DNA of 38,742 bases, taken from positions 1-38,742 of the IMG/VR virus record IMGVR_UViG_3300032373_000046; one strand, written 5' to 3'. The position numbers were made by a program, and so were the translations under genes. Below the pieces are notes generated by a model. It was not told the DNA's origin and ran no database searches. It worked only from the letters and a program-made list of their open reading frames with translations. Shown here in pieces: positions 25,619-34,078 of this stretch. This DNA is from a virus (Duplodnaviria > Caudoviricetes). Numbering within the stretch: the first letter of the stretch is position 1; each line of letters starts with the position of its first letter.

Positions 25619-26015
25619 CTGAATAATCCTGAGCTTGGGTCGCCTGATGTTCTCTTTGTGGTTGAGAACTGTCCAAAAGTTTTAACTCGCCTCTAAACTT
25701 CTGAAGACAAATCTCCGTTGAGTATTTATCTGCGCCGGATTGATTGGTCCATTTGCGGGTTTGTAGCTGACCCTCAACGTAGACTTTGGAGCCTTTTTTC
25801 AGATAATTCTGCGCAACCTTGGCAAGGTTTTCGTTGAAGATAACTACGCGGTGATATTCGGACTTACTTTTGCGCTCGCCGCTCTGTCGGTCTCTCCAAT
25901 TCTCAGAAGTGGCTACAGTAATATTGACTACCGATCCGCCGTTTTGCATGGTTTTGACTTCTGGGTCACGAGTCAAATTACCAACAATTATGGCCTTGTT
26001 CACGCTACCTGACAT
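25602..26015 (-). CDS. ssb: Single-stranded DNA-binding protein
   Basis: [33 protein letters not shown], acidic DEIPF tail; alphaproteobacterial type. Confidence 0.96.
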   Translation of the reverse strand: MSGSVNKAIIVGNLTRDPEVKTMQNGGSVVNITVATSENWRDRQSGERKSKSEYHRVVIFNENLAKVAQNYLKKGSKVYVEGQLQTRKWTNQSGADKYSTEICLQKFRGELKLLDSSQPQREHQATQAQDYSDEIPF

Positions 26016-26457
26016 ATGATCTTCCTGACTTTATTGCTGTTACAGTTCCGTAATTTAAGTCCATTGTTTTTGATATTTCGCTTGGCGCAGACCCAGCCAA
26101 TAATCGACGTCTGACCTCTTGAATTTCATGCTCTTTGAGGTGCTTCCTGCAACCTCCATCAGCGCGACCCTTTTTGCGGCAGTCCTGCATATTTTCTGAT
26201 CTGGTTCCCAAGAAAAGATGATGTGGGTTTACGCACCAGCGGTTATCGCAAGTATGGCAAACGTCCAGCCCATCAGGCGCATATCCGCGAAACAAGATGA
26301 AAGAGGCTCGATGTGCCCCCGTTGTTTTTCCATCAAGATTGAAAGAGCCATATCCGTTACCCTTTCCGCCGCCCAACCAAGGCCAGCACTCGTCTTCATT
26401 GAAGTTCTTAAAATCAACTTTTGACATAAAACGTAAATGTGAGTTTGGCGCGCTCAT
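26005..26457 (-). CDS. HNH endonuclease
   Basis: CWPWLG....[29 protein letters not shown]. Confidence 0.9.
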   Translation of the reverse strand: MSAPNSHLRFMSKVDFKNFNEDECWPWLGGGKGNGYGSFNLDGKTTGAHRASFILFRGYAPDGLDVCHTCDNRWCVNPHHLFLGTRSENMQDCRKKGRADGGCRKHLKEHEIQEVRRRLLAGSAPSEISKTMDLNYGTVTAIKSGRSYVR

Positions 26458-26771
26458 TATGTCCTCGCTGCTGCTCTATGGTTTGCTTCGGCGTTTTGCC
26501 ATTCCATTTGTTTTGCTTTTAAATACTCAAGACGGCCTCTAGCCCTGTTAGCAGCCGCTGTGGTATCGACCATCTCTTGAATGTAGTTTCGCCACTCAGG
26601 GGACGCCTTAACGTCTCTCTCGGCCCTGTTGTAAGCAAGGTCACCCCGCTCTTTGATCTTTTGAGCCAAGAAAGCGGTTTTCATTTCGGTACGAAAGTCA
26701 GCGGCAGCCTTTTTGTCGCTCCAGTCATCCCATGCAATATGAATTTGCTCTGATAAAGGGGCGTTGCTCAT
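26457..26771 (-). CDS. Helical recombination-module protein (possibly UvsY-like mediator)
   Basis: 104 aa coiled coil, AE..V.AS.EW pattern; between erf and ssb. Confidence 0.5.
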   Translation of the reverse strand: MSNAPLSEQIHIAWDDWSDKKAAADFRTEMKTAFLAQKIKERGDLAYNRAERDVKASPEWRNYIQEMVDTTAAANRARGRLEYLKAKQMEWQNAEANHRAAART

Positions 26772-27478
26772 TTTTTGGCCTCAAATTCAGCAGCTTGTTT
26801 CAGCTCTTTCCTTCGCTGTGAAAATTCTGACCGTAAACCTGGGGTGAACTCGTCAAACCTCCTTTCACCATCCAAAAAGCCGGGGCAATCATGTGAGGCT
26901 TGATCAACAAAAGCCTTGAACTCAGGGCTATCCTTCACAGCATCCAGATCGGCAACACATTTTGCATCTTCAATCTGCGCGGTAATTTCTTTAGCGGCCT
27001 TTGACAGCTCGCCCTTATTCATCGGGCCTTGCCAATTCGGATCGCGGCTATTCTTCGGTGGATAACGATTACTTACAGTCACAGTGGCTGTGCTATCGCT
27101 CTCTAGGCGCTGTTCGTTGTCATCTTCGGGGCATATACCCAAAAGCTGCATATAGCCGTATCTGCGGGCGTATGTGAGCGCTGCGCCGTACCCTTGAGGA
27201 TTTACCCCTTGGTGTTCAACATTGGTGTATACTTCAATCCACTGACCGGACGCATGGAAAAGCCTACTAACCATTGACTTGTCGTGGTGGCTTTGAACAA
27301 CATAAAGGTCGTTGTAGTGCAGCGCCTGCTCGGTTTTATCAATAATCTCAGGGAAGGGCGCGTATTTATATTTGTACTTTTTGGTGTCGACCTCGCAAGA
27401 CTTGATTATAGTTCCGAAGCTTGGCCTTGCAGCCACTAGAGCGGCGGTTATTTCACCGATGTTTTCTGATGTTCTCAT
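26768..27478 (-). CDS. erf: ERF-family single-strand annealing protein
   Basis: YKYA....I, L.HASGQW, PQGYGAALTYARRYG....LGI..EDD signature. Confidence 0.9.
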   Translation of the reverse strand: MRTSENIGEITAALVAARPSFGTIIKSCEVDTKKYKYKYAPFPEIIDKTEQALHYNDLYVVQSHHDKSMVSRLFHASGQWIEVYTNVEHQGVNPQGYGAALTYARRYGYMQLLGICPEDDNEQRLESDSTATVTVSNRYPPKNSRDPNWQGPMNKGELSKAAKEITAQIEDAKCVADLDAVKDSPEFKAFVDQASHDCPGFLDGERRFDEFTPGLRSEFSQRRKELKQAAEFEAKK

Positions 27479-27678
27479 GAGGCGTTCCGATAGTTTTGTT
27501 GAATGTCGATCAACTTAATTGCGAGTTCATTTAGCTTGTCTGCGGCTTGGGAAATCTCGAAACAATGCTCTGCTATCTTCTGTATTCCGCCTGATTTGGC
27601 GACGTCACACAAATGATCAACATTGTTTACAATTGCGGATACGTCATTGGGTACATCTTCAAGATCAATCTCGGTCAT
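27475..27678 (-). CDS. Hypothetical protein
   Basis: 67 aa, ATGA-coupled at both ends. Confidence 0.6.
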   Translation of the reverse strand: MTEIDLEDVPNDVSAIVNNVDHLCDVAKSGGIQKIAEHCFEISQAADKLNELAIKLIDIQQNYRNAS

Positions 27679-28043
27679 TGGTTTTCCCCCGCATAAAATT
27701 CACGCGCATATGCTTTCACCATGTCGATTAACAGCCGGTCGTCTTTGGCTAGAACACCACGCCAGAACTCAGGGGCGCTCATTTGCCCGCGTTGGCTATG
27801 TGATGTTAGGTGCAAGCTGTTTAAAACTGGCAACACCTCGTTATCAGGTGCCTTTATTGCCGTTCCCAACACACCTATGTGCATAGGAACTATAGGGTCG
27901 TCATGCGTTCCCGACTGGCCTGTAATGGCGCACAAAAACTCACCAGACCTAATTCGATCAAGCCACTTCTCATTGCGAACAACACCATCTTTGACGCGCT
28001 TGTGGCTGTAGTCTTTCGATATGGGGGTGACTTCGTTCATCAT
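27675..28043 (-). CDS. DUF968-like / HNH-like putative nuclease
   Basis: RNEKWLD.IR...CAITG...H....G...KAPD..V.P....H...H pattern. Confidence 0.55.
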   Translation of the reverse strand: MMNEVTPISKDYSHKRVKDGVVRNEKWLDRIRSGEFLCAITGQSGTHDDPIVPMHIGVLGTAIKAPDNEVLPVLNSLHLTSHSQRGQMSAPEFWRGVLAKDDRLLIDMVKAYAREFYAGENQ

Positions 28044-28264
28044 TCACCCCTTGCTTTGCGCCAAAGTTCTTTCAGCGCTGCTTTGTCGTCTCCTGCGTTT
28101 CCAGGGGCTAACCACTTGTGGTGCTTGCATCGTCTACCCGGAGCAACTAAAGAAGCCGTTCCAAACGCAACTTTACAGTCAGGACACTCATGCCAAAAAG
28201 TTCTAAGTTCGCGCTTGTATTCTTTATGCTCGCGCCAATAATCGCCCATGTCACCCATCAGCAC
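28040..28264 (-). CDS. Small Zn-finger-like hypothetical protein
   Basis: MGDMGDYWRE, CPDC...CKHH. Confidence 0.6.
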   Translation of the reverse strand: MLMGDMGDYWREHKEYKRELRTFWHECPDCKVAFGTASLVAPGRRCKHHKWLAPGNAGDDKAALKELWRKARGE

Positions 28265-28473
28265 ACGCTCCCTGCAAACTGGCAGTAGAGGCCACTAAGG
28301 GCAATAATCAGCCCCGCTAAACCGCCAAACGCGATGTACAAGCTGGCCTTACCGAGCCATTTCATGAACGGGGTCCACCATTCCGCGAAGTTCCACCGTT
28401 GCCCAAGCTCAACCGCATGTGGTTGCGGAAGGCTTGAGCGCTGGTGAGAAAACCTTTGTTGATGGCTGTTCAT
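28258..28473 (-). CDS. Small membrane protein
   Basis: C-terminal TM helix; ATGA-coupled to upstream gene. Confidence 0.55.
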   Translation of the reverse strand: MNSHQQRFSHQRSSLPQPHAVELGQRWNFAEWWTPFMKWLGKASLYIAFGGLAGLIIALSGLYCQFAGSVC

Positions 28474-28772
28474 TCGGCTGCCCTCATACCCTGAAGGCTT
28501 TTCGCGTCGTCTATCTCATGGCGCAGCGTGTAAATTGCGTTACCGTCAAGGTCTTCAAATAAGTCGGACACGGCACCTTTTAATATGACTTTTGCGCCCT
28601 CGCTGAAATTGCTGTTGTCGAGGCCCGCGCTGAGTATGGCTTTACAGGCGCTGATCACGGTTACATACTCGTCGTATTCGCGCTGTAGGGTTTCAGCCAT
28701 CTCGCCAGACATAGGGTTAGGCCGTTCCTCTTGCAGGTTATATGCTCCGGTATCTGGCATTTTATTCTCCAT
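28470..28772 (-). CDS. Hypothetical protein, first gene of PL operon
   Basis: 100 aa; GAGGA/GGAG RBS near two possible starts (28772, 28760). Confidence 0.65.
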   Translation of the reverse strand: MENKMPDTGAYNLQEERPNPMSGEMAETLQREYDEYVTVISACKAILSAGLDNSNFSEGAKVILKGAVSDLFEDLDGNAIYTLRHEIDDAKSLQGMRAAE

Positions 28773-29105
28773 CCTCGTTAAGGCGTGGGGGCTGAACCTG
28801 TTTCATATGGGTGGTGGTTCGCCCCCTTTGGCCCGTTTCCACATCTGCTCGGAAAGATGTTGAGTGGCGCTTTACCGACTGTGCACATTTCGATAAAGTA
28901 GGACTTGCAACTTAATGCCGGGGTTTCACGCTTTCGCCTACTAACCCACAGCTCCCTATTTTTCCTTTTACACCTCTACGTGAGGCCACCAACTCAACAC
29001 CTATCGAAACAGATGTGGTTTATCCCGCGCCCTGTGTTCATGCTGCGCATGTGGTTGGGCTTGTTGCGGTGCAGCGGGTCTGCGCTTACGGCTCGTCGCT
29101 GCTGA

Positions 29106-29167
29106 TGAAAACTATATTGCCAAAATCGCAATAATTAGTCAAGCATTTAAATTGCCAAAATCGCAAT
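29106..29167 (-). promoter_or_regulatory. PL promoter with two operators (OL)
   Basis: TTGACT-N17-CAATAT on minus strand, predicted start ATCAGC at 29106; identical ATTGCCAAAATCGCAAT at 29116-29132 and 29151-29167. Confidence 0.8.
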
Positions 29168-29203
29168 TAATTGCATAAATAAAAAGAAATGTGTTTTCTG
29201 AGG

Positions 29204-29866
29204 TTAAACTTCAGAGTGCATAGATCCTATGACTACGGCCCATATTTCGAGGTCAGGCGCACCGGCGCTGTGGTGTTCAATGTCGCCGTTGATGATTTTC
29301 TGAGGTTTGTGTTTTGGGTTGTTTGACTTGGGGGTTAGAATTACCGCTGAGCCGTCTGTTGAGTATTCTTTAACGGTAACTTCAAACAAATCACCCGCAG
29401 CGCGTCTTTTTATTACAACTCGGTTTCCTGATTGTAAGTCGCGGGGATAATCAGATAGTTGCTGACACACCAAAACAGAGCCGGACGGATAAACTTTATC
29501 CATGCTATCTCCGAGAACACGAAGTCCAAAAGGGTGTTGGTATTTTGTCAGCTCACCAAATATAGGAACGCACTCCGATGTTTCGAGTTCAAACGCTTCT
29601 ATAAATGCACCGGCCTGCACGTTGCCAATTAAAGGAGCCCTTACCTGTGTTTCCTCTACAAGTTCTATTATTGTACTATGGTCAAAAGATGGCGTCAAAG
29701 TATCGTTAAAAAATAGGCGTATTTTGTCTGCTTCTTCAGACTTTATTAAACGCTTGCCCTTGAGTATCTTGTTGACGACTGAAGGGTCTAGATCAAGATA
29801 CCGCGCAAGTTCGACTTGTTTTCTTCCAGTGGCCGCCAATTGCTTTAATATGTAATCTCTATTCAT
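29204..29866 (-). CDS. cI: CI-like repressor (HTH plus S24 autopeptidase)
   Basis: KQVELARYLDLDPSVVNKILKGKR HTH; VQAG cleavage site; GDSM Ser and TVK Lys dyad. Confidence 0.92.
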   Translation of the reverse strand: MNRDYILKQLAATGRKQVELARYLDLDPSVVNKILKGKRLIKSEEADKIRLFFNDTLTPSFDHSTIIELVEETQVRAPLIGNVQAGAFIEAFELETSECVPIFGELTKYQHPFGLRVLGDSMDKVYPSGSVLVCQQLSDYPRDLQSGNRVVIKRRAAGDLFEVTVKEYSTDGSAVILTPKSNNPKHKPQKIINGDIEHHSAGAPDLEIWAVVIGSMHSEV

Positions 29867-29875
29867 GGCCGCACC

Positions 29876-29960
29876 TTTGCGAATTTAGCAAACCATGTAA
29901 ATTGTTATAATGGCAATAAACAGCTTTACTTAAACTTGCGATTATGGCAATATTGCAAGC
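29876..29960 (+). promoter_or_regulatory. OR operators (three) and PR promoter
   Basis: TTG(C)-N7-GCAA sites at 29876-29892, 29901-29917, 29935-29951; TTTACT(29925)-N17-CAATAT(29948). Confidence 0.8.
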
Positions 29961-30209
29961 ATGACAAATGTAGCAAGACATATAATTTCCAAATTTGGTG
30001 ACGGTGACTTCAAGGTCGGCGTGCCAGTAGTGGCAGGCATCCTTGGGTTAGATGTGACCAGAGTTTACCGCATGACATACCCTAAAAACAAAGGTGGAAC
30101 TGGCGGACTTGTTCCTGCCCAGCACCAACAACCTCTATTAGAACAGGCGAGGGTGCGCAGTGTTGATTTGCGGCCTGAAGATTTTTTCACACCTATCGCC
30201 GCCGAGTAG
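29961..30209 (+). CDS. cro: Cro-like regulator
   Basis: Divergent from cI; VAGILGLDVTRVYRM HTH; GGTGG.VP...Q and L.PEDFF motifs. Confidence 0.8.
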   Translation: MTNVARHIISKFGDGDFKVGVPVVAGILGLDVTRVYRMTYPKNKGGTGGLVPAQHQQPLLEQARVRSVDLRPEDFFTPIAAE

Positions 30210-30317
30210 CCCTTTGGGGGCTGGGGCAACATGTTTTGAGTACCGCCCCTACAGGTAGCCAACGAGGCAGAAGGCCACCTGATGAAACAAATATAGCGAA
30301 ACGATTGGGAGAATGAA

Positions 30318-30806
30318 ATGTTGAAGAACACAGAACATAACAAGATTGTTGCAGATGCCTTGCGCCCGTATCTTTGTGGCGCGGAGTCTGAGGCTAGGGC
30401 GGCTGAAGTGCTCGGTTGTTCTATTTCCAAGGTGCGCAAGATGATTAGCGCCGCTGACTGTGAGCGCACTAAAACAGGAATGTGCGAGGCGAGGGCGCTT
30501 GTTGCGTCTGGTCTGGTTCCTGCTGACGCTTTCAATCACATATATGGCGGCGTTGGTATTGGCGGCATGCACAGCCTTGATGGTTTTGTTGAGTGTCCCC
30601 TTGAGGTTATGCGCGATGTTCACCCCGCGCTTGGTGACATGGCAGAGGTGTCCCTGGATGAACAATTTACACATACGGAAAAATACAGAAGCGAGCCAAA
30701 GATCAGGCGCGCCCATGCAGCTTTGACAGGATTTCTAAACTTTATTCACAAAACGAAAAACGTTTGTACGCCAGTGTTTCGCAGGCATAGGCACGCAGCA
30801 GAATAG
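30318..30806 (+). CDS. CII-like transcriptional regulator
   Basis: Follows cro; SEARAAEVLGCSISKVRK HTH; helical C-terminus. Confidence 0.55.
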   Translation: MLKNTEHNKIVADALRPYLCGAESEARAAEVLGCSISKVRKMISAADCERTKTGMCEARALVASGLVPADAFNHIYGGVGIGGMHSLDGFVECPLEVMRDVHPALGDMAEVSLDEQFTHTEKYRSEPKIRRAHAALTGFLNFIHKTKNVCTPVFRRHRHAAE

Positions 30807-30909
30807 GCCGCTTACAGCGCAGAGTTTTACTCCTTTGCGTTGGTGGTTGAAAGCACGTTTCCCGGTATCGTGTGGCTGATAAACCGGGGTTAATTTGAAA
30901 GGAAAGAAC

Positions 30910-30987
30910 ATGAGTACAGGGACATTGATTGAAGGATACGGCGGTCACATCGATCAAGAATGGCTGATCGATCAAGAATGGCTTTAA
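30910..30987 (+). pseudogene. 25-codon ORF with internal tandem duplication, probable gene remnant
   Basis: GAAAGG RBS; MSTGTLIEGYGGHIDQEWLIDQEWL; ATCGATCAAGAATGGCT at 30949 and 30967. Confidence 0.35.
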
Positions 30988-31027
30988 CTAATTACGGGAA
31001 GAAGGTCTTAGGACTGTAAACCGTGAT

Positions 31028-31214
31028 GTTGGTAGGCGCGGCGCTGAAAGTAGAAGCGCATTCTGTCCGAGCGGGTTTGCGTAGTGACGCGAAAGCGGAG
31101 AGGGTTCGATCCCCATCTGAGCCGAGGTTCGGTTTAATTCCGGTTCGATTCCGGGAGCACGAAGGACAGAAGATTAGACGTAATAGCCTCAGTAACGCGG
31201 GGCCACCTACCAAC
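31028..31214 (+). ncRNA. Putative tRNA-like structured RNA with large internal multi-hairpin insertion
   Basis: GTTGGTAGG/CCTACCAAC terminal helix; TTCTGTCC/GGACAGAA inner helix; two GGTTCGAT T-loop hairpins. Confidence 0.55.
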
Positions 31215-31616
31215 TAATCCATTGCCCCGGCCTGAAAAGGTGGCGGGGCATAAGGGGTACCAGAAACGGAAAAGCAGAGACACCTCGAAAAAAGGAGGCG
31301 GGTTATGAAAACGAGCAGGGAAAGCCTGCGGGGATGGTTGATCTGAAAAGCGTTACGCCGGGGGCGTTCCCCAATCCCGGCATCTTTATTGTTGTGTGCC
31401 GTGAGCCAGTCCTAGATCGCTGGTGTCGCTAGGGGCCAAAATCAAGGTGAAGCCTCGGAAGTGGTGGATTGGTGAAGTCGCGGCATTCAAGAGTAAAGAA
31501 ACACAGAGTTAGGTGTGCCGTGGTCGTTCGTTGTGAGTTTTGAAATTTTAACCCGTCCATTGGACCCGAGAACATTTCAATATTTTACGCTGCGGCACAC
31601 CTATAAGGAGTTGAGA

Positions 31617-31934
31617 GTGAAGGACAAAGTAAAGCAGGGCAGACGCAACCGCATCAACGGCGCAGACCTTGAGCGCAAGGTTGTTAACGTCGCCAAAGAA
31701 CATCACCTAGACGCTCAACGCATTCACGGTACTGGCTTACACGCAAAAGGCCATGATGACGTTGTAATCAAGTCTGTGCTGTACGGCGACGTTTCGGTTG
31801 AGTGCAAATATCGCCAGAAAATAGCCCTTTTGTACGACATTATTGGCGAGAACCGCATTGGGGTTGTCCAGGCGGCACGAAAAGAGCCTCTCGCTGTTGT
31901 TCCCCTCAAAATGTTTATGGAGTTACTTCAATGA
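31617..31934 (+). CDS. PD-(D/E)XK nuclease, Holliday junction resolvase-like
   Basis: GTG after AAGGAG; NR..G...ER.V, G..D.V, VECK motifs. Confidence 0.72.
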   Translation: MKDKVKQGRRNRINGADLERKVVNVAKEHHLDAQRIHGTGLHAKGHDDVVIKSVLYGDVSVECKYRQKIALLYDIIGENRIGVVQAARKEPLAVVPLKMFMELLQ

Positions 31935-32128
31935 AAGCATGGTTAATAAAGTTACTTGGCGGCTATCCAGACAAAGAAGTCCATTTCTCTGTTTTGGCAG
32001 CAGACGCTAACGAGATGCGCAACGATCTCATCAATCTGAAGACAAAGCACAGCAACGACAGCCATGTAAAAATATCGGCTGTTAACAAGCTGATTAAAAA
32101 ATACACCCCCAAAGCATTAAAGGGGTAG
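31931..32128 (+). CDS. Hypothetical protein
   Basis: Start at MKAWLIKLLGG; GGAG RBS; ATGA overlap. Confidence 0.55.
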   Translation: MKAWLIKLLGGYPDKEVHFSVLAADANEMRNDLINLKTKHSNDSHVKISAVNKLIKKYTPKALKG

Positions 32129-32131
32129 GGC

Positions 32132-32416
32132 GTGCCATTAAGCTTTGAACAAGCCTGGAACATGGCGGAATCCCACTGCAATCATTGCAGGGAAAAGGGC
32201 CAAAACCCTTATGACGTTATACGCGGCGTTTCCAACACATTACCCGCTGGTTGGGAACTGGCCAAACTGGTTGTTACGGTGGCAGCATGGAAAGAACAGT
32301 CGATAGAGTTCAATGTGAGGGATTGCTTTCAGGTTATCGCCAGAAACGAAGACCAGCCTAGAACAATAGAGCTTGGCGATCCTGAAGAGGCATATCGAAA
32401 GGCGTTCGGTAAATGA
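32132..32416 (+). CDS. Hypothetical protein
   Basis: 94 aa, GTG start, in PR operon. Confidence 0.55.
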   Translation: MPLSFEQAWNMAESHCNHCREKGQNPYDVIRGVSNTLPAGWELAKLVVTVAAWKEQSIEFNVRDCFQVIARNEDQPRTIELGDPEEAYRKAFGK

Positions 32417-32528
32417 ACAAGCTTATCAACACCACAAACAACCACCCTGTCATCACATATAACGCGCTGGGGAGGCTTCTGAGCAATTTCCGGCCCGTAC
32501 CACCAAAGAAACAGAAGAGGGCGGCTTA

Positions 32529-33353
32529 GTGGCAAAGTTTCCGTCCATGCCTGTTTTTACTGACGCATATATTGCTGACACTACTCACCTCTCTGCCGAG
32601 GAGCATGGGGTGTATTTTTTATTGCTTGTTTGCGCATGGCGTTCGCCGGGATGCAGACTGAAAAAAGATGACACTCAATTAGCAAGAATGGGGCGTGTTA
32701 CCCCGGCGAAATGGCGCAAGATTAAAGACACTATTTTAGCCTTCTGGAGTGAGTCTGACGGCTACATTAAACAAAAAAAACTCACAGAAATTTACGAAAA
32801 AGTTCAAAAAAATGTTGAACAAAAAAAACAAGCAGGAATTGCAAGCGCAGAAGCTAAAGCATTGAAAGATAAGGAAACGTCTTCAACGGCTGTTGATGAA
32901 CCGCCGCAACGGCCTGCCAACGGCCAGCCAACTAACCAAAACCAAAACCAAAGTATTACCCCTATACCTACTAACGTAGGTAAACCCCCTACCAAGGAAA
33001 AAGCCGATGGGAAACGTGCAAGCAGGATCACAGAAGATTGGTGGCCAAGTCCAGAGCTTGCTCGATCAGTCGCGGACAAGGAAGGTTTCACCCTCGAACA
33101 AATCGAGCACGAAGTCTACCAGTTTAGAAACCACTGGCTTGCAGCGAGCGGTAAAACTGCTGTCAAGCGATCTTGGGATGCGGGATTTAGAAAGTGGTGT
33201 GGCCAATCTTATTGCGACAGCCGACAGGGAGTATCCGGGGCAGGAAGGCGAGGAGGCGGCAGCCAGGGAGCTGTGCAGTCTGCTGAAAGCTTCGAAAAAG
33301 CTGCCCGCCAATTGCAAACAGTGGGGACCGATAGTGCTGCATCAATTGCTTGA
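32529..33353 (+). CDS. Replication initiator, YdaU/DUF1376 family
   Basis: MP.FTDAYIADTTHLSAEEHGVYFLLL..AW N-domain; Q/N linker; C-terminal FRNHW....K..WDA.FRKW domain. Confidence 0.85.
   Translation: MAKFPSMPVFTDAYIADTTHLSAEEHGVYFLLLVCAWRSPGCRLKKDDTQLARMGRVTPAKWRKIKDTILAFWSESDGYIKQKKLTEIYEKVQKNVEQKKQAGIASAEAKALKDKETSSTAVDEPPQRPANGQPTNQNQNQSITPIPTNVGKPPTKEKADGKRASRITEDWWPSPELARSVADKEGFTLEQIEHEVYQFRNHWLAASGKTAVKRSWDAGFRKWCGQSYCDSRQGVSGAGRRGGGSQGAVQSAESFEKAARQLQTVGTDSAASIA
32882..32982. other. Putative lambdoid replication origin inside the initiator gene
   Basis: CAACGGC iteron-like repeats (32884, 32907, 32918), AACCAA tandem run, palindrome TACCTAC-taac-GTAGGTA; preceded by A-tracts. Confidence 0.55.
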
Positions 33354-33645
33354 CGAAAACGAAAGCGGGCGCAAAGCGCTTCGGTTGGCTTCCATGCTAG
33401 GGCATTTCCCACAGCAAGAGCAAAGCCCAGCGATTGCAGACATGATCACAAGAGATTATATGCGGGCTGTTGCTGAGTTTCCGGCCTACGCGGTTGACGC
33501 TGGTGTGTTCAGTATCCTGATGGGCGACTGTAAGCGACGGCCAACGATGGCGCAGCTTGTGGAAGCTTGCAAAACCTATAGCTGGCGATACCGCGCCCTG
33601 AAAGACCACATGAAAGCGATCATGAAGAAATGGGGCGAGATATGA
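33334..33645 (+). CDS. Replication accessory protein (helicase-loader position); start uncertain
   Basis: Frame open from 33007; DY..AV.EFP.YAV..G.......KRRPT.AQL...C pattern typical of genes after phage initiators. Confidence 0.55.
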   Translation: MLHQLLDENESGRKALRLASMLGHFPQQEQSPAIADMITRDYMRAVAEFPAYAVDAGVFSILMGDCKRRPTMAQLVEACKTYSWRYRALKDHMKAIMKKWGEI

Positions 33646-33800
33646 ACAAAAGCTGCCCCACGGTTGAGGAAATAAACGAACAGGTTGTTCAACTGATGAC
33701 AACTGAGAAGATGGCACAGAAAATTGAGGCTTCGCTTTTGAAGCGCGGAATATTAATCGAGCGCACAAAGACGGGCGTAATTTGGAAGAGGGTAGGGTGA
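33642..33800 (+). CDS. 52-aa protein resembling the CysRS C-terminal domain
   Basis: Not in ORF track; ATGA/TGATG coupling at both ends; AQKIEASLLKRGILIERTKTGVIWKR. Confidence 0.55.
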   Translation: MNKSCPTVEEINEQVVQLMTTEKMAQKIEASLLKRGILIERTKTGVIWKRVG

Positions 33801-34078
33801 TGTCTAACATGCCATTCATGGACCTATACGACGAAACGCAACGTCGAATAGCCAGAATTAAGGAAAGAAGCCTGTATTTATCAGGGCAAAATGATATGGC
33901 GCATTTGTCGCAGCTATTGGCTAATCCCAAGACATGCAACTGTTGCTATTGCACGAGGCATCGACCGTCCTTGGCGGAACAGCAGCACAGCGCTTTTGCA
34001 CAAAGCACCACCTCGGCAAACGCAGTTTACCATGCTGGAGGGGCTACTTTGTCAGGGCTTTTGGGAGGTGTTTTATGA
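33800..34078 (+). CDS. Hypothetical protein with CxCxxC motif
   Basis: TGATG-coupled start MSNMPF; CNCCYC; Gly-rich hydrophobic tail. Confidence 0.55.
   Translation: MSNMPFMDLYDETQRRIARIKERSLYLSGQNDMAHLSQLLANPKTCNCCYCTRHRPSLAEQQHSAFAQSTTSANAVYHAGGATLSGLLGGVL

Noticed and set aside
31028-31214. Canonical tRNA, tmRNA or group I intron-containing tRNA
   Set aside because: No 7-nt anticodon loop, the T-arm-position loop is non-canonical, there is no tag ORF, and the insert is too short for a group I intron; kept as an unclassified structured RNA.
31515-31616. N-terminal extension of the resolvase-like ORF
   Set aside because: It lies within a 14-bp helix-bounded structure, and a strong AAGGAG RBS supports GTG 31617.
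32431-32447. CACAAACAACCACCC, and similar GACAAAC hits near 35194 and 36260, as extra array motifs
   Set aside because: Partial matches located just inside coding sequence rather than 10-20 nt before a start; compatible with chance.
33007-33333. Long dual-coding overlap between the initiator and the next gene
   Set aside because: The upstream extension has no recognisable features or clear RBS; a start near 33334 is more parsimonious, though not proven.
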